A stretch of DNA of 32,567 nucleotides from an uncultured Candidatus Saccharibacteria bacterium. GTDB lineage: Bacteria > Patescibacteriota > Minisyncoccia > Phycocordibacterales > Phycocordibacteraceae. This document shows positions 17,735-27,087 of the stretch, one piece after another. Under the pieces are notes generated by a model, which did no database searches, was not told the DNA's origin, and saw only the letters and a program-made list of their open reading frames with translations. Numbering within the stretch: the stretch's first letter is position 1; each line of letters begins with the position of its first letter. The stretch spans positions 1 to 32,567 of the forward strand of contig CAYHMS010000005.1 of assembly GCA_964357805.1 (NCBI GenBank), given 5' to 3'. A program made the translations under genes and the position numbers.

Positions 17735-19552
17735 TCAGAAAGTGGAATATGCAGACGCGTTCGGCGTACAGACCGACGTTTTGAGCGCTTCCGCGTTCGT
17801 GCTAAGCAGGTTCGTCTGGTCAACGAGCGACGAGCCGCTTACGTTGAGCGACCCCGCCGGGCTCGCTTCTGCCCCACCGAAATTCTGCGCGTCTTGCAGT
17901 GCGTTTGCGATATCGCGCGCGGTCGGCGGCATACTCTGGAGCATCTGCACGTCAACGGCGTAGGTATTCGTGATTGAGTCAGTCATAACGGTCGGACGAC
18001 TCGGGTCGCACGATACCGATGCCCCGTCCGGCACATTCGCCTCGCACTGAACCCTGGCCACCATCGCCCGCGCAGTCGCGATTATCGGGGTTACTGCGGC
18101 GGCTTGAGCGAGAACCGGCGCTATCTTGGTCGTGAGCGCGGTCTGCGCAGCAGTTGCCTGCTCGGTCGCCGCCGTTATAAATGCAGCGAGCGTTGGGTCT
18201 GCTCCCGCCGTCGCCGTCGCCACCGCAGCGGTGCAAAAATCAGCGAGACTCCTCACGCTTGTCGAGGCGGCATTCGCCGACGCTTGTATCGTATTCCATG
18301 CCGACTCGTATTGCGCGATGCGGCCGAGCGGGTCGGCGCTCGCGACTGCGGATGCCGCCGCATCCTGATATACACCGGTATTCGAAGCGCCCAAGTAGCT
18401 CGCGCTCGGGTTGAAAGTTCCCGAGGGAGTTGTCGGCGCAAATTGACGGAGTTGAGACTGGCTTGAGCCGGAAGGATGGTCGACGCCGAAGAGACCTCCC
18501 GAACCGCCGAGAAGTTGTGTCGCGAAGTTTACGGTACTCATGATAGTCCCAACATCGCGCAAGACGCTTGTGATTTGAGGGCCTATATTTCCCATTCGCA
18601 GTATTGAATCTTGTTGGCTGCCGAGCGCCTTATTCAAACTCGCGACGATGACCGAGCCCGGCGTCTTGATGGTGCCCGGAAGACCAGTTTCTTTATCGTA
18701 ACAAGGGTCTCCAGGATTTATGCCTTCTTCACCCTCCATTTCTGTACCGTCATTGTCAGCAGTGGTGCCTCCCTCGGTCGCGCCGCACCATGAGGCAAAG
18801 CCCTGACCCCAACCGAGCTCGGCGAGGCGCGCGCCGGTGGCGCCTCCCACTCCCCGGCCGATGAGGCTCGAGAGCTGGCTCTGCGCGGCTTGATGGAGCG
18901 TATATGGATTGTTCTGAATTTGCGTCGTGAGCGCGAACCACGCTCCCACGCCGCCCTGCGACCAGTTGCCGGCAAGATAGGCATTCACATTGGGCGAAGA
19001 GCGCGCGAGCGTGTTCATATTCTCTGCCCAGAATCCGGCGAGACTCGTTTTAGAAAGATAATTGTTGCGCAGCGAGGAGGTGATGGAAGCGGCGAAGGGT
19101 GAATTGGAATTTCGTCCGAACTGATTGAAGAACCCCATTGCTTTCGCATCGCCGACCGTCTGCAGAGACCTTTGCACATCTACCACGAACTGCGGGATGC
19201 CGGTCCCGTTCGCCTGGCCGATAACAAATTTAATGACGCCGGCGGTTATCATTTTCAATAAGTTCCCCGAGAGAACGAAGGCGAGCGGCTGAAGGACATA
19301 GGCGTTTATCTGCATCGCGACACTTGCTAAGTCACCCGTAACGTTAGAGACCGTAGCAATGGTTTGTTCGATAGCAGTGATAGTGCTCTCGACCGTGGTC
19401 TTCACCTCACTACCAACCACAAGTGGATTTGTCTCAAAAACAGGAAGAGCTGCGTACGATTTCTGCGGCACCACAACAAGAAGTGCAGATGGCACAATAA
19501 CTGCACCTATGAGGAGCACCGCAAGCACCAAAGAGAAGGGGCGCATACTCAT
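17735..19552 (-). CDS. secreted/membrane-anchored hypothetical protein (possible VirB5/TrbJ-like N-terminus)
   Basis: 605-aa ORF, signal peptide followed by LPVFETN. Confidence 0.7.
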   Translation of the reverse strand: MSMRPFSLVLAVLLIGAVIVPSALLVVVPQKSYAALPVFETNPLVVGSEVKTTVESTITAIEQTIATVSNVTGDLASVAMQINAYVLQPLAFVLSGNLLKMITAGVIKFVIGQANGTGIPQFVVDVQRSLQTVGDAKAMGFFNQFGRNSNSPFAASITSSLRNNYLSKTSLAGFWAENMNTLARSSPNVNAYLAGNWSQGGVGAWFALTTQIQNNPYTLHQAAQSQLSSLIGRGVGGATGARLAELGWGQGFASWCGATEGGTTADNDGTEMEGEEGINPGDPCYDKETGLPGTIKTPGSVIVASLNKALGSQQDSILRMGNIGPQITSVLRDVGTIMSTVNFATQLLGGSGGLFGVDHPSGSSQSQLRQFAPTTPSGTFNPSASYLGASNTGVYQDAAASAVASADPLGRIAQYESAWNTIQASANAASTSVRSLADFCTAAVATATAGADPTLAAFITAATEQATAAQTALTTKIAPVLAQAAAVTPIIATARAMVARVQCEANVPDGASVSCDPSRPTVMTDSITNTYAVDVQMLQSMPPTARDIANALQDAQNFGGAEASPAGSLNVSGSSLVDQTNLLSTNAEALKTSVCTPNASAYSTF

Positions 19553-20586
19553 GGTTTCTTGACGGCTTGCTGTTTCGCTGCAACATTCTCAATGAGATTT
19601 ACGAAGGAGGCGCCCGGTGCATTAGCGGGGAGAGAAACGTCGGCTGCCGCGTACAGATTTCCTATGCGTATGAATGAATTGGCGAGCGCGAGCACCGCAG
19701 ATGGATACTGTTGGAGAGCGAGTATGGTCGCGAGAGGGTCGGTCTCTGTGCGGGTGAAATCAACGGCAATCTGACTCACGCGCATCATTGCGTTAATGAG
19801 CGCAAGAACATCAGCGGCAAGTTCCTCCGGCACCGGAAGCACCGCGAGCCCGACTGCAGAATCCCGATACGCCTTCGCTATCGAGGCGATATACGAAAGG
19901 GCGGTCGCATCGTTTTTTTCAATTGCGTCTTGAAGGTACAGTATCTCGCTCTTCGACGCATCGGCCGTATTCTTTACGAGAATCGCTTCCGCCTGCGCGG
20001 CGAACTCCATGAGCGCGCCGGGGCTCGACTCGGAGACTTTGAGGTCCTTCATTGATTTAAAATCCGGCGCGGCAACCAGAGATGCCGAAAGCGAATTGAC
20101 GGCCTGATTTGCAATATCGCTCATCTCGCTTTCAGAAAAATCCGCTCCGCCCTTCGCCTGCTTCGCCGCAACAAAGAGCGCAAAAAAGTTTTTTGCGAAC
20201 GCGGCAGTTAAGGTGCCCTCCGCCGGCGCGGGCGGGAGCGAAGAATCCACTATTTCTCCCGCGCCGGCAGAAGAAGCCCCAACTGTAATATCGGCAATCG
20301 CCTTCGGCACGACAAGACCTCGCGCGACCGCTTCGCCGTCGGCCATGCCGAGACCGAAGGTGTCGGTAAGGTGCGGGTCGGTCCCGTAAAGCGCCTCTTC
20401 CCAATCGGAAAGGCCATCGCCGTCCGTATCCTTCGCCGCGATGGCCTGGAGAAGGGCCGCCTCGGTCGAGGCCTGTGCGAGAGAAGGCGACTCGATACCG
20501 CGCGCGAGCATAAACGAACCGACAATAAGGACTGCCGCAAAGAATGTCGCGACGAACACCCTCCAATTTTGCAGAATCTGCCCCAT
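19549..20586 (-). CDS. membrane-anchored protein with TSP3-like Ca-binding repeat
   Basis: N-terminal TM; DTDGDGLSDWEEALYGTDP; start 20586 or 20595. Confidence 0.8.
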   Translation of the reverse strand: MGQILQNWRVFVATFFAAVLIVGSFMLARGIESPSLAQASTEAALLQAIAAKDTDGDGLSDWEEALYGTDPHLTDTFGLGMADGEAVARGLVVPKAIADITVGASSAGAGEIVDSSLPPAPAEGTLTAAFAKNFFALFVAAKQAKGGADFSESEMSDIANQAVNSLSASLVAAPDFKSMKDLKVSESSPGALMEFAAQAEAILVKNTADASKSEILYLQDAIEKNDATALSYIASIAKAYRDSAVGLAVLPVPEELAADVLALINAMMRVSQIAVDFTRTETDPLATILALQQYPSAVLALANSFIRIGNLYAAADVSLPANAPGASFVNLIENVAAKQQAVKKP

Positions 20587-20678
20587 AGTATGCATACGAA
20601 GTATAGCAGTTATGAGGTGCCCCACGCGGGCGGAGTACCATATATATGTGCATTATCCACACATGCTATCCTGTACTT

Positions 20679-21671
20679 ATGCGTGTTTCGCTTCCCTCTA
20701 TCACAATAGTTCTTCTTGTGTTCTCGTTTGGAGCCTGTGCATATGCGCAAACGAGTGCTTTGAACACATTTACGCTGAGTCTCTCACTCGGTTCTCGAGA
20801 TACACAAGTTATCACGCTCCAACAGGCCCTCAATCGAGACTCTGCTACTCGTATTGCAAGCATCGGCCCCGGCTCTCCTGGCAATGAGACAAATTATTTT
20901 GGGTCACTCACGAAATCAGCAGTCATTCGATTTCAAGAAAAGTATGCGAACGAGGTTTTGGTACCCGCTGGTCTGGTACAGGGCAGTGGGTATGTAGGGT
21001 TTTATACGAGAACTAAACTCAACGGGCTTTCCGAGTCGAAAGTGAGTGCGAGAGGTGTGAGCCCGCTTGATGTACCACCGGCAACCACTCCCTCTTCTTC
21101 AACCAGTATCGTCACTCCTCCAACTATTCCACAAAACCCGAATCTAAAGAATTTCGACAAATTTCTGACCGCTCTCGACAATGCGGCAATCAAACAAGGA
21201 ATTCCCGCCGCCACGCTCGCCACTATGAAAGAGCAGGCCGTGAAAGTAATCGCAACAACGACCGATTTACGCACGAATTTTTTGAAAATAGTACAAGACA
21301 GATCCACTCAAATCGTACAGGACACTTCGCTTATCGGCAGAACCTTAGCGATGGTAGAACGAACATTTAATAAGGTCTTCATTCCAAACCGTGCGCATGC
21401 TGCAGCTGGTGTTCCTTTTGGTGGAGCACTTCTGTTCGCTCTCCCCTGCAATGGCGGTGTATGGAACATCACGCTCTCACCGCTCCCTCCTACTTTTGTA
21501 ACCCTCGTCTCTTATATGTCGGGGTCCCAAGCATTCCTCTCGTACAATATACCTGCGACGAGCTGGCTTCTCGGAGAATACACGCCCGGCGCCGGTGCGT
21601 GTTGGATTGGACCGTATTACATCTACTCAGAAGGGCTGATTACGCCAATGGTCGGGTCTTCTCCGATATAA
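20679..21671 (+). CDS. peptidoglycan-binding domain protein
   Basis: Signal peptide; LSLGSRDTQVITLQQALN..GSPGNETNYFGSLTKSAVIRFQ..GYVGFYTRTKLN. Confidence 0.85.
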   Translation: MRVSLPSITIVLLVFSFGACAYAQTSALNTFTLSLSLGSRDTQVITLQQALNRDSATRIASIGPGSPGNETNYFGSLTKSAVIRFQEKYANEVLVPAGLVQGSGYVGFYTRTKLNGLSESKVSARGVSPLDVPPATTPSSSTSIVTPPTIPQNPNLKNFDKFLTALDNAAIKQGIPAATLATMKEQAVKVIATTTDLRTNFLKIVQDRSTQIVQDTSLIGRTLAMVERTFNKVFIPNRAHAAAGVPFGGALLFALPCNGGVWNITLSPLPPTFVTLVSYMSGSQAFLSYNIPATSWLLGEYTPGAGACWIGPYYIYSEGLITPMVGSSPI

Positions 21672-22416
21672 TCGCAAGCCACTGATCAAGTTTTAAGTCC
21701 TCTGCACGAGCTTTCTCCGGAATACCCCCACTTGGAAGTCCGACTTCAACGAGATTGTTCCTCACGAATTTGCGCTTATGCGCAAAGCCCGCATGCAACA
21801 GCATAAAAAATCGCTTTTCTTCTGCTTCTGTTGCAAAGTTCTTTCGAGAAATATTGCGGATAGTGAGCACGGCTGAATCCACCTTCGGTGCGGGCTTGAA
21901 AGCTCCACGCGGAACAATAAATTCACGCTTCGGTGTGCCATACGCTTTTATCGAGAGCGATAAGATACTCTCTTTACCATCATGGGCGACAATACGGTCA
22001 GCGACTTCTTTCTGCACCAAAAGCGTCATCGCGCCCGGCTGGTTCTTTGAGGTAAGAAACTTCCTAAATATGTCGCCGGTGAGATAATACGGAATATTTG
22101 CGACCAGATGATATCCCCTATTCCCCACGGTCGTAATATTTAGGGGATACGTGCGAATGTCGCCGTGTATGAGTTCCAATTTCTTTTTCGCTATCTCATC
22201 CGCAAATTCCAGTTTCAATTTTTCAAAAAGCTCTCCGTCCGCTTCAATCGCAATAATTTTTTTTGCTAACTTTAAGAGTTCTCGCGTGAGCATACCCGTC
22301 CCGGGACCGATCTCAAGTACGACGGCATCAAGCGCGAGCTCCGCAATAAGCGCGATGCGCTCCGCGATACGCGCGTGCATCAAGAAATTCTGCCCGAGTG
22401 ATTTCTTCGCATACAT
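21640..22416 (-). CDS. rsmA: 16S rRNA (A1518/A1519) dimethyltransferase KsgA
   Basis: KKSLGQNFL, VLEIGPGTG.LT, VANIPYYLT, F.PAPKVDSAV. Confidence 0.97.
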   Translation of the reverse strand: MYAKKSLGQNFLMHARIAERIALIAELALDAVVLEIGPGTGMLTRELLKLAKKIIAIEADGELFEKLKLEFADEIAKKKLELIHGDIRTYPLNITTVGNRGYHLVANIPYYLTGDIFRKFLTSKNQPGAMTLLVQKEVADRIVAHDGKESILSLSIKAYGTPKREFIVPRGAFKPAPKVDSAVLTIRNISRKNFATEAEEKRFFMLLHAGFAHKRKFVRNNLVEVGLPSGGIPEKARAEDLKLDQWLAIISEKTRPLA

Positions 22417-22456
22417 GGTGCTACACTACACCCTATAGCAGATAATTAGCTAATAT

Positions 22457-22738
22457 ATGGAAAAAATCACTCCACACGGATTCACTGAGCATGTTCGGCC
22501 ATTACTTTTTAGTGGTCACGGCTTCGATACTGAAAAAGCGAATCACGCAGAGAATGCATACAATTCTTATTTGGTGTCATCAGGGCACAAAGAACTAAAG
22601 AAGGAACACTTCAGTGATGCATTGGAGCATATTCAAGGGCATCCAGATTTTAAAAAACTAAGCCCTCATCAACAAGAGTCTTTTGTCTCCACATTAAGAA
22701 AAACTCTGGGAGTAAAAGAAGAAGTTACAACTGAATAA
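22457..22738 (+). CDS. hypothetical protein (93 aa, low GC)
   Basis: ORF fills the gap between rsmA and pcrA. Confidence 0.55.
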   Translation: MEKITPHGFTEHVRPLLFSGHGFDTEKANHAENAYNSYLVSSGHKELKKEHFSDALEHIQGHPDFKKLSPHQQESFVSTLRKTLGVKEEVTTE

Positions 22739-24719
22739 TTTCTTCTCCATCGGTCTCGTCATAATGCACGAGTGACGGGTCGATGTCGGCGAGGAAGGAG
22801 GAGGGTCCAGTTATGCAATCGCTGCCGTAGAGTTTGCGAACGCGCGCGAGCGTGAGGATGAGGCGTTCCTTCGCGCGCGTCATCGCGACATAGAAGAGTC
22901 GGCGTTCCTCTTCTTCATCGCGACTGTCTTCTCCACCAACCGGCGGACCCATACCTTGGTGCGGGAAAAGGCCTTCCTCCATACCGCTTACAAATACAGT
23001 CTCAAATTCTAAGCCTTTTGCCGCGTGCACGGTCATGAGAGTTACTCCAGTTTTTTCACCTTGACCTGCCTGCGCAGGCAGGTCCATCTCATCTTGGTCG
23101 CTCGCGAGCGCAGATTCGGCGAGAAATGCGGCGATGCCGTCTTTGCCGGGCTGGCTATCGTGTCGCGTAGCGACCGAAGCGAGCTCTTCTATATTTTCAA
23201 ATCGTTCGCGATCATTCGCGCTCCCCTCTTCATAGAGCACACGGCGCATACCGCTTTTCTCAACCACGAGTTTTACGAATGCAGAAGGCACAAGCGAGCG
23301 CGCAGCGCTCGCGAGTTCAGCGATAACACGCTCAAATGATTCGACCTTCGCAAGCTCCCCTGCACGCAATTGCGAGCGCTGTCCTGCAGCTCGCCCAGCA
23401 CCAAATCGGATTTGGTGCTGGGCGAGCTTGCCTAGGGTTATTTTCCCAATACCCCGTGGCGGAGATTGTGCCGCGCGGAGTTTATCAACCTCGCGTGAGG
23501 GATCCATTGCGAGTCGCATCCATGCGAGCGCGTCCTTTACCTCTTTACGCGCGAAGAAATGTGTACCGAGCAGTTTGTACGGCACGCCCGCGTGCAATAA
23601 CCCCTCTTCAAGCGCGCGTGACTGGAAATTAGTACGATATAAAATTGCAATCTCTTCTGGTTTCCGACCTTCCGACATCTGTTGCTTTATCCGGAGTGCG
23701 ATCCAGCGCGCTTCGTCTTCGGCGCTTCGCGCCATATGAACAATGAGCGGCTCGCCAGCGCCGCGCTCGGTCGTTGAATATTTCTCCTTCCGATTTCTGT
23801 TCTTCTCAATGACTGCATTTGCCGCATTGACGATATTTTTCGTCGAACGATAATTGCGTTCAAGAATGAGCGTCCGCGCGTCCGGATATTTTTTTTCAAA
23901 ATTCAAAATGTTCTCCATCTTCGCTCCGCGCCACCCGTATATCGACTGGTCGCCGTCGCCGACGACGAATAGATTTTTGTGTTTTTCCGCAAGCAGGCCG
24001 GCGAGCCGTTCTTGCAGTTCGTTCGTGTCCTGGTATTCATCAATATGAAGATACTCCCAGCGATTCTGCGCGAGCGCGCGAATATCGGCGTGCTCTTCAA
24101 GCATCCGTACGGGGAGCGCGATGAGGTCGTCGAAATCAAGTGCTTTCTCCGCCGCGAGCGACTTTTCGTAGCGGAGCCATACTTCCGCGGCGATGCGATT
24201 GCCGAAACCCGAACGGGCATGTTTCTCGTAGAACTCATGCACACGCATTCCTTCTCCCTTATGGCGTGAAATTCTGCCGAGAACCGCTCGTGGCGAAAGC
24301 CCTGCCTGCGCAGGCAGGTCTTTCGCTCCAACATCAAGCGCTTTCAGCGCCGCGGCCACAACCTTTTCTGAATCATCGCGGTCGTAGATGCTGAAGAAGC
24401 GCGGGACACCGATGGCTTTCCCATAGCTCTCCAAGAGCTCTCGACCGAGGCCGTGGAAGGTCGCTATAAAAGGAGACGAGGAAGTATTTTCTTCGCCAAG
24501 CATCTTTCGGACCCGCTCGCGCATCTCACGGGCGGCTTTATTGGTGAAGGTGACGGCAAGAATTTGATAGGCAGGAACGCCTTCTCGGATAAGATGGTAA
24601 ATGCGCGTCGTGAGAACGCGTGTTTTACCGCTCCCGGCGCCCGCGAGAACCGAGATTGGACCATCTGTGGCAAGCACGGCACGCCTCTGCGCATCATTCA
24701 GTCCCCCAAGATATTTCAC
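22725..24719 (-). CDS. pcrA: UvrD/PcrA-family DNA helicase with four in-frame palindromic inserts
   Basis: AGAGSGKT, TFTNKAA, DEYQDTN, VGDGDQSIY, NYRST, TVHAAKGLEF, EERRLFYVAMTRA. Confidence 0.96.
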   Translation of the reverse strand: MKYLGGLNDAQRRAVLATDGPISVLAGAGSGKTRVLTTRIYHLIREGVPAYQILAVTFTNKAAREMRERVRKMLGEENTSSSPFIATFHGLGRELLESYGKAIGVPRFFSIYDRDDSEKVVAAALKALDVGAKDLPAQAGLSPRAVLGRISRHKGEGMRVHEFYEKHARSGFGNRIAAEVWLRYEKSLAAEKALDFDDLIALPVRMLEEHADIRALAQNRWEYLHIDEYQDTNELQERLAGLLAEKHKNLFVVGDGDQSIYGWRGAKMENILNFEKKYPDARTLILERNYRSTKNIVNAANAVIEKNRNRKEKYSTTERGAGEPLIVHMARSAEDEARWIALRIKQQMSEGRKPEEIAILYRTNFQSRALEEGLLHAGVPYKLLGTHFFARKEVKDALAWMRLAMDPSREVDKLRAAQSPPRGIGKITLGKLAQHQIRFGAGRAAGQRSQLRAGELAKVESFERVIAELASAARSLVPSAFVKLVVEKSGMRRVLYEEGSANDRERFENIEELASVATRHDSQPGKDGIAAFLAESALASDQDEMDLPAQAGQGEKTGVTLMTVHAAKGLEFETVFVSGMEEGLFPHQGMGPPVGGEDSRDEEEERRLFYVAMTRAKERLILTLARVRKLYGSDCITGPSSFLADIDPSLVHYDETDGEEIIQL

Positions 24720-24898
24720 TTACGGACTATACCCCAAAACCGCTCTCCACAGGCATCTCAATGGGCGATTGACTACCGCCCCTACAGAGCTATACTCTCT
24801 GTATCGACTGATATACAGATACTCAAGAAATGGCTTATATACGCGATATGTAAGCCATTTTTGTATAAGAAAGACCCGCCGACTAGCCTTGTTTCCCC

Positions 24899-25939
24899 AT
24901 TACATTCAACCAGCAATTCTTCATACTCGGATTCGCGGCTGTCATAGGGGCTGCAGCTTTTTTGCCAGACCGCGCGAGCGCTTTCTGGCCTTTTTCTACG
25001 AATGCGGACGCGGCGACCACTGCATTTATCCCAAGCGCCTCAACGCCGGTGCTCATGGCGTCCATAAACAGGAATCCGAATGCAGGCGCGCCCATTGCGC
25101 TCGCCACCTCGGGCGGCTCTGCCCTTGTTTCTCGCAGCGGCCCCGACGGCACCATTGCCGAAATTGCGAATGATATACCGCCCGGTCGCATCTCGATATA
25201 TCCCGTACGCGAAGGCGATACTCTTTCAGAAATCGCGGATATGTTCGGCGTCACGATGGATACTATTGTCTGGGCGAACAATCTTAGTGGCAGAAACGCC
25301 GTGTTGCATGAGGGCGATATACTCATCATTCTGCCTGTCTCAGGCATCAAACACACAGTCGTGAAGAGTGATACGTTAAAGTCGCTCGCAAAGAAATATG
25401 GCGGCGATGCAAACGAAATAGCCCAGTTCAACGGCCTTGACCTTGCGGTTCCTCTCGAAATCGGTTCAATTATCATCATCCCCGGAGGCGAAATCGTCGC
25501 GCCGCCGCCGCGCGCGCGTTCTCCGTCTGTTCCTCGCGAGCCGTATGACTCCGCACAAACTGGATACTTCAGCAATCCCGTGCCGGGCGGCGTCATCACA
25601 CAAGGATTGCATGGATGGAACGGAATTGACATCGGCGCCGCTCGCGGCACACCGATTTATGCGGCGGCGAACGGAATGGTCATCATCGTGCGCAACAACG
25701 GCGCGTGGAACGGCGGCTACGGCAACTATGTCGTCATCTCGCACGACAACGGCAGTCAGACACTCTATTCTCACATGAAAAATGCGATAGTTTCTCCCGG
25801 ACCGGTCTTCAACCGTCAAATCATCGGGTACGTCGGTGCGACCGGCCGCGCGACCGGACCGCATCTTCACTTTGAAGTGCGCGGCGCGGCGAACCCCTTC
25901 ACCTCCTGCCGAGTGGGCAGCGTTTGTTCTCCTCGATAA
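24899..25939 (+). CDS. LysM-domain M23 peptidase
   Basis: Two LysM-like repeats (YPVREGDTLSEIA, HTVVKSDTL), HxxxD and HLH motifs; the signal peptide extends upstream of 24962, so the start is uncertain. Confidence 0.9.
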   Translation: MTFNQQFFILGFAAVIGAAAFLPDRASAFWPFSTNADAATTAFIPSASTPVLMASINRNPNAGAPIALATSGGSALVSRSGPDGTIAEIANDIPPGRISIYPVREGDTLSEIADMFGVTMDTIVWANNLSGRNAVLHEGDILIILPVSGIKHTVVKSDTLKSLAKKYGGDANEIAQFNGLDLAVPLEIGSIIIIPGGEIVAPPPRARSPSVPREPYDSAQTGYFSNPVPGGVITQGLHGWNGIDIGAARGTPIYAAANGMVIIVRNNGAWNGGYGNYVVISHDNGSQTLYSHMKNAIVSPGPVFNRQIIGYVGATGRATGPHLHFEVRGAANPFTSCRVGSVCSPR

Positions 25940-25960
25940 GTTTTATAGTATAATTTACTC

Positions 25961-26272
25961 ATGTCATTCTTCGAACGTTTCCGGGGCACACCTCGTCTTA
26001 CGCCAGAAGCCATTAATGCTGATCCTGGATTGGGGGCGGCACAAGCTGAGCTGAAAGCGGCTAAAGAGAGTTATGCAGCGACGTTAGCTGATTCTAAGAA
26101 TATGGATTTAATACGTGAGAAAGCAGGATTGGAAGTAGAACTCGAATTAGAAAACCTTAAACCGCAGAAGAGCCCCGAACAGGGGCGGCAAATATTGCAG
26201 CGGATGCAAGAAATAGATACTGAGATGGAAGAGGACAGAAATAGTGCACGAGAAAAAGAAAGATTGTCATAG
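25961..26272 (+). CDS. hypothetical coiled-coil protein
   Basis: 103-aa ORF with TATAAT 6 nt upstream and a terminator downstream. Confidence 0.65.
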   Translation: MSFFERFRGTPRLTPEAINADPGLGAAQAELKAAKESYAATLADSKNMDLIREKAGLEVELELENLKPQKSPEQGRQILQRMQEIDTEMEEDRNSAREKERLS

Positions 26273-26273
26273 A

Positions 26274-26297
26274 GAAAGCCGCCTGTGGGCGGCTTTC
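26274..26297. terminator. terminator between convergent genes
   Basis: GAAAGCCGCC-tgtg-GGCGGCTTTC. Confidence 0.8.
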
Positions 26298-26312
26298 GTT
26301 TTTCGTAATGGG

Positions 26313-26678
26313 TTAGATTCGAAAAATTTCTGGCGGCGGTATGTACTCCTCGGGTTCAGTTAACGTAATTGTATGGATGGGAGGACCGGCAATGTCTTTT
26401 CCCCAACGCTTTCTTGCTTCCCTCCAGCAGGCATCAACATTCTTTTTGTTGAACCATTCCTTGGTGTCTGCATTCACCATAACAACGCTCGTCATGTCTT
26501 TCGGAAGACCCTTGTGAATTTCATCCAGCAGCACTTGCGCCTTACGCTCTCGCTCCGCAATCTTTGCTATGCGCGCTCGCCATCGAGGCCCTTTTGCTTT
26601 CAGGATTTTCCGATGTAATCGAATCTGCTCGGGAGAAAACCCTGTCTCGGCAAACTCTGTTTCTCTACGTTTATCCAT
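26313..26678 (-). CDS. hypothetical protein
   Basis: 121-aa ORF with upstream GGAGG. Confidence 0.65.
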   Translation of the reverse strand: MDKRRETEFAETGFSPEQIRLHRKILKAKGPRWRARIAKIAERERKAQVLLDEIHKGLPKDMTSVVMVNADTKEWFNKKNVDACWREARKRWGKDIAGPPIHTITLTEPEEYIPPPEIFRI

Positions 26679-26737
26679 CTAACCCTCCGTTGAAAGACCT
26701 ATAATCTTTATTATACAGAAACCTCCCTTAGTTTCAA

Positions 26738-26782
26738 TTATTCAAGTCCGAACAGTCCGCGAGGGCGGTATTGGAGCGCTTC
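26738..26782 (-). pseudogene. duplicated 3' end of comM
   Basis: Encodes [14 protein letters not shown], versus [14 protein letters not shown] at 27362-27406. Confidence 0.9.
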
Positions 26783-26837
26783 GTGGTCAAGGCTTAATAA
26801 AGGTTTACTAAAACAGATAATTCTGACAGGTTAAGTT

Positions 26838-26867
26838 AAAAGGCGCATCCGCAAGGATGCGCCTTTT
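26838..26867 (-). terminator. intrinsic terminator after hicA
   Basis: AAAAGGCGCATCC-gcaa-GGATGCGCCTTTT. Confidence 0.85.
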
Positions 26868-26868
26868 C

Positions 26869-27087
26869 TTATTTCCCTTTTGTATCCCACTCTTCTCTTT
26901 TTATACCGGCTTGTCTTAAAACTTCTGAGAGCAAAAAGCGTGAGATGTCACCCATGTGAGGATTTGGGATACGAAGCTTAAATCCATCACGAGTCATAAA
27001 CATATGTTTACCGCCAGAGTTCGGACCTGCGAATCCAAACGTTCGTAATCTCTTTATCAGTTCTCGGTGAGAAATGCTCTTAAGCAT
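26869..27087 (-). CDS. hicA: HicA family toxin
   Basis: Start ATG 27087; RELIKRLRTFGF.GP.SGGKHMFM.R..LRIPNPH..DIS..LL..VLRQAGI. Confidence 0.9.
   Translation of the reverse strand: MLKSISHRELIKRLRTFGFAGPNSGGKHMFMTRDGFKLRIPNPHMGDISRFLLSEVLRQAGIKREEWDTKGK

Noticed and set aside
20653-20661. Perfect DnaA box TTATCCACA as a possible origin
   Set aside because: Single box in a short divergent promoter, with no cluster, unwinding element or dnaA nearby.
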